Of a stretch of DNA of 64,000 nucleotides, positions 61,344 through 64,000 are shown piece after piece (position 1 is the stretch's first letter; each line of letters begins with the position of its first letter). A program made the translations under genes and the position numbers. Below the pieces are notes generated by a model, which saw only the letters and a program-made list of their open reading frames with translations, had not been told where the DNA came from and did not search any database. The stretch spans positions 4,650,001 to 4,714,000 of the forward strand of contig JBNJNM010000011.1 in the NCBI GenBank assembly GCA_052426225.1, given 5' to 3'. The DNA is from Zancudomyces culisetae HAW-14-8 (lineage: Eukaryota > Fungi > Kickxellomycota).

Positions 61344-62651
61344 TCACAGTTTCCACCCAAACTTACTTGGCGACTTGCGTCTTGTATATATTTGCGCTGC
61401 TATTAATAGGATTATAGAAACTACTATCCCACCAGTAATCACAAATGCCAGTGTTGCGAAGCTGTTTTTTTTTAATGAAGTATCGTACGCAAATCCAAGA
61501 AGTGGACCCCCAAGAACTACCCCTACAGAGACGAAGCAGAAAACGAAACTTATCATTACTGTTGTTTTTGAACTTTCATAATGTCGTCCCATTATTGATG
61601 GAAAAAGAGTCTGTGATCCAGCATAAAAAGTCCCACAGAAAAATGCCAAAAGAAATATATCTTTTACATCCTTTGTAACCAGCCAGATTGTAGGTATTAA
61701 TACAGCATTTATCGTGTTTGTTGCTATTATAACATTCATCTCTCCCAAAAAATCTCCCAAAAAACCGAAGAGTAAGCTGCCAACTATATTTCCCGCGTTG
61801 GACAGTAGCACTACTAATGCAGCGTCGTCGTCTGTACCTCCTCTGGAGTCTGATATTTTAGGCAAGTAATATAACGGACCTGTAAATACAAGCATTACCG
61901 AAAATGCAGAAAAGCCCACCAAATAGAGGAAAGGATCACTCAAGATTTTTATATCGAAAATATTGCTTTCTTGTACGCTTTTTGACCTTGGAATGATAAA
62001 AAAGCCCGATATCGAAACAGTTACAAGTACCACTAAAGCACAAAGCTTTAAGGTCCATCCAAATCCCGTTTTACTTAATAACTCTTTTAAAATGAATGAA
62101 TATGACATCCCACCCATCCCAGCTCCCGCATTTATGACTCCCATACCTAGTGCCTGATATTTTTCAAACCACTGGGGTATCATTGCAAAACAACTTAAAA
62201 ATGGTAGCGATGCCCCCAGCCCAAACATAAGCCCATGTGTTAATATTGTTTGCCACACCCTATGACTAAATGATGCCAGGAGTAACCCCACTGCCGCAAT
62301 CACACCACCTATCCATGATACTACTCTATAGCCCAATTTGGATATAAAGTAGTTTGAAAATATAGGGAAAAACAACATAACTCCTAAGGATATCGTTCCT
62401 ATCCATCCAACTGTAGACGCAGGTAGTTCCGAATATCTGTCCAGGTAATACTTTTGAAAAATCCCAAAGGAATCGATTAGGCCGACAACTGCAATGTTGA
62501 TGACAAAGCAAAAAAACAAAATCATAAATGCAAATTTCCCATCACGAGGTCTCAGCAAACTCGGCGCCGGCGCGTGTTGACCATCTGTGGCAGCATCTTG
62601 GCCACCTTTAATTTGTTCTCCCTTCGATATAGTAATTACAGATTTTGCCAT
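61344..62651 (-). CDS. MFS monocarboxylate-porter (MCT/Mch) family transporter
   Basis: PRDGKFAF, SFGIFQ.YY, WIGTI, QWFEK..LGMG, GFGWTL; 12 TM-like segments. Confidence 0.9.
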   Translation of the reverse strand: MAKSVITISKGEQIKGGQDAATDGQHAPAPSLLRPRDGKFAFMILFFCFVINIAVVGLIDSFGIFQKYYLDRYSELPASTVGWIGTISLGVMLFFPIFSNYFISKLGYRVVSWIGGVIAAVGLLLASFSHRVWQTILTHGLMFGLGASLPFLSCFAMIPQWFEKYQALGMGVINAGAGMGGMSYSFILKELLSKTGFGWTLKLCALVVLVTVSISGFFIIPRSKSVQESNIFDIKILSDPFLYLVGFSAFSVMLVFTGPLYYLPKISDSRGGTDDDAALVVLLSNAGNIVGSLLFGFLGDFLGEMNVIIATNTINAVLIPTIWLVTKDVKDIFLLAFFCGTFYAGSQTLFPSIMGRHYESSKTTVMISFVFCFVSVGVVLGGPLLGFAYDTSLKKNSFATLAFVITGGIVVSIILLIAAQIYTRRKSPSKFGWKL

Positions 62652-64000
62652 TTAATTACGTTAGCATTAAAATCAAATCTTAGATAATGTATACGATGAA
62701 TGTTCACTACGCATTTACACCTTTTCCAACATAGAGTACTATGATAAAACACAGACAAACCTAAAGGATTAAGTATATAGTTAATTCAGGAACAGTACCA
62801 CTAACAAACAATAAAAGTGTTGTTTTTAGCTTTATGAAACCATTTTTTTTCTTTGCCATGTTTTTTTTTTTCACCATCACATCCTTGTACTTCCTTTTAC
62901 TATTTTTTTTTACCATCCTTTTTATTTTTTAACAATCCCTTTTACATAACCTGCAGTTTTTATATTTTTTCAATAATTAATTTCAATCAGATATGGAATG
63001 GCCATAGTTTTTGCCAATAAAGACGCAAAGTAATTTTATTCAGAGGATTTATTCGCTTAATCAAAATTAAATATAAATAATGCAAACCAAACCAAAAAAA
63101 TAATCATGTGATACTATTCTAGTCAGCTTTAAGCTACTTCAGTGCAACTTGCGCATTTCCCCATTATATTTAATGAGAAAAATTTTTTATCACAAAATTA
63201 GTTTTAAAAAACCAAATTTAAACAAAAGGTAAATAAGTAGGTTTAATGTAGTTTGCTGCGTTTTAGTTTTTATCAAATTCGCTTTACTTTTGGTCTGGGG
63301 TGGGTGTAGCCAATAGGCATGCCTAAAGCTTTGAGAACCGGTTAAAAGAGTAAGCCAAAATAAAAACATCTGCATACAACATTAGTTTTGTATTTTTGTT
63401 TATATAAATTTGTCTCAGAAAAGAGCACAAATATCCCTCACTTATTAATGGTGCCTCGGAGTATGATATTTGAGAACTAGCGTAACAAACACACCACAAC
63501 TATGGGCCTATTATATAAGGTTTTTTTTTTACTGTCAAATATTTTCACGAAAATCATGAAATGTACTTGCACGTTTATTTTTCCATTTTTCTCATAAGTA
63601 GAAGGATTCTTGGTTTGTGCTTCCATAAATTCAATGTACTGTGATCTTCATGAAACAAACAATAGCGTAAGTTTGCATCAGACAATTTTTTATAAGGTAT
63701 TGGCTGTACATATGTGCAAATACAGCATATACACATAGAAATTTTGGTGGTGGCGTGACATTATTGAAAAAGTATATCAAACCCAAATTTTGTTTTGTGA
63801 TACTCTTCAGAGTAGTTTTATTTCTCTTTCTCACAAAATTCATGGTTTAATTAGATAGTTTTATTTAATAAACTTATCAAACAAAAAAATATATAGAATA
63901 AAATAAAGTATTTTGCTTCAAATGCTGTTTGCTCATCGCAGACTGTGTTTGAGTGCAAAATAGTACATGAAAGCATATATAAAGTCATGCAATGCCCAGA

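Noticed and set aside
5965-62511. Many 60-190 aa ORFs antisense to or overlapping real genes
   Set aside because: Shadow ORFs expected from codon and compositional bias; no independent motifs
1-64000. CRISPR arrays, intact transposons, viral or horizontally acquired bacterial operons
   Set aside because: No repeat-spacer periodicity, no transposase/RT/integrase motifs, and all recognisable genes are eukaryotic

Overview
This is AT-rich eukaryotic nuclear DNA with short GT-AG introns and no prokaryotic, CRISPR or intact transposon signatures. Fungal markers (Ggc1, Mdm10, Rsa3) occur together with animal-like features (PSMG1/PAC1-type chaperone, TRAIP-like RING, DGAT1-type MBOAT). This suggests an early-diverging fungus, possibly Zoopagomycota/Harpellales-like; the taxonomy is inference only. 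About 24 protein-coding genes, 2 tRNAs (Lys-UUU, Arg-UCU) and one ABCB1-type pseudogene fragment can be supported. Several genes appear only after manual splicing: a RasGAP, a 7-exon orphan, a MATH-only protein, PSMG1, Rsa3 and PCID2. The most notable unexplained signals are: (1) two GC-enriched, hairpin-dense intergenic segments flanking PSMG1, one with Sm-site, K-turn and cUUCGg features suggesting a divergent snRNA, the other a ~330-nt multibranch RNA candidate; (2) a kilobase-scale G/C strand skew that flips inside genes or convergent gene pairs; (3) two probable pseudoenzymes, a PLP dehydratase with K->R and a SMYD protein lacking the catalytic Asn and Tyr; (4) a stand-alone Ubp15-like MATH domain fused to a prion-like region. 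All structures and homologies were read by eye; no searches or folding programs were run.
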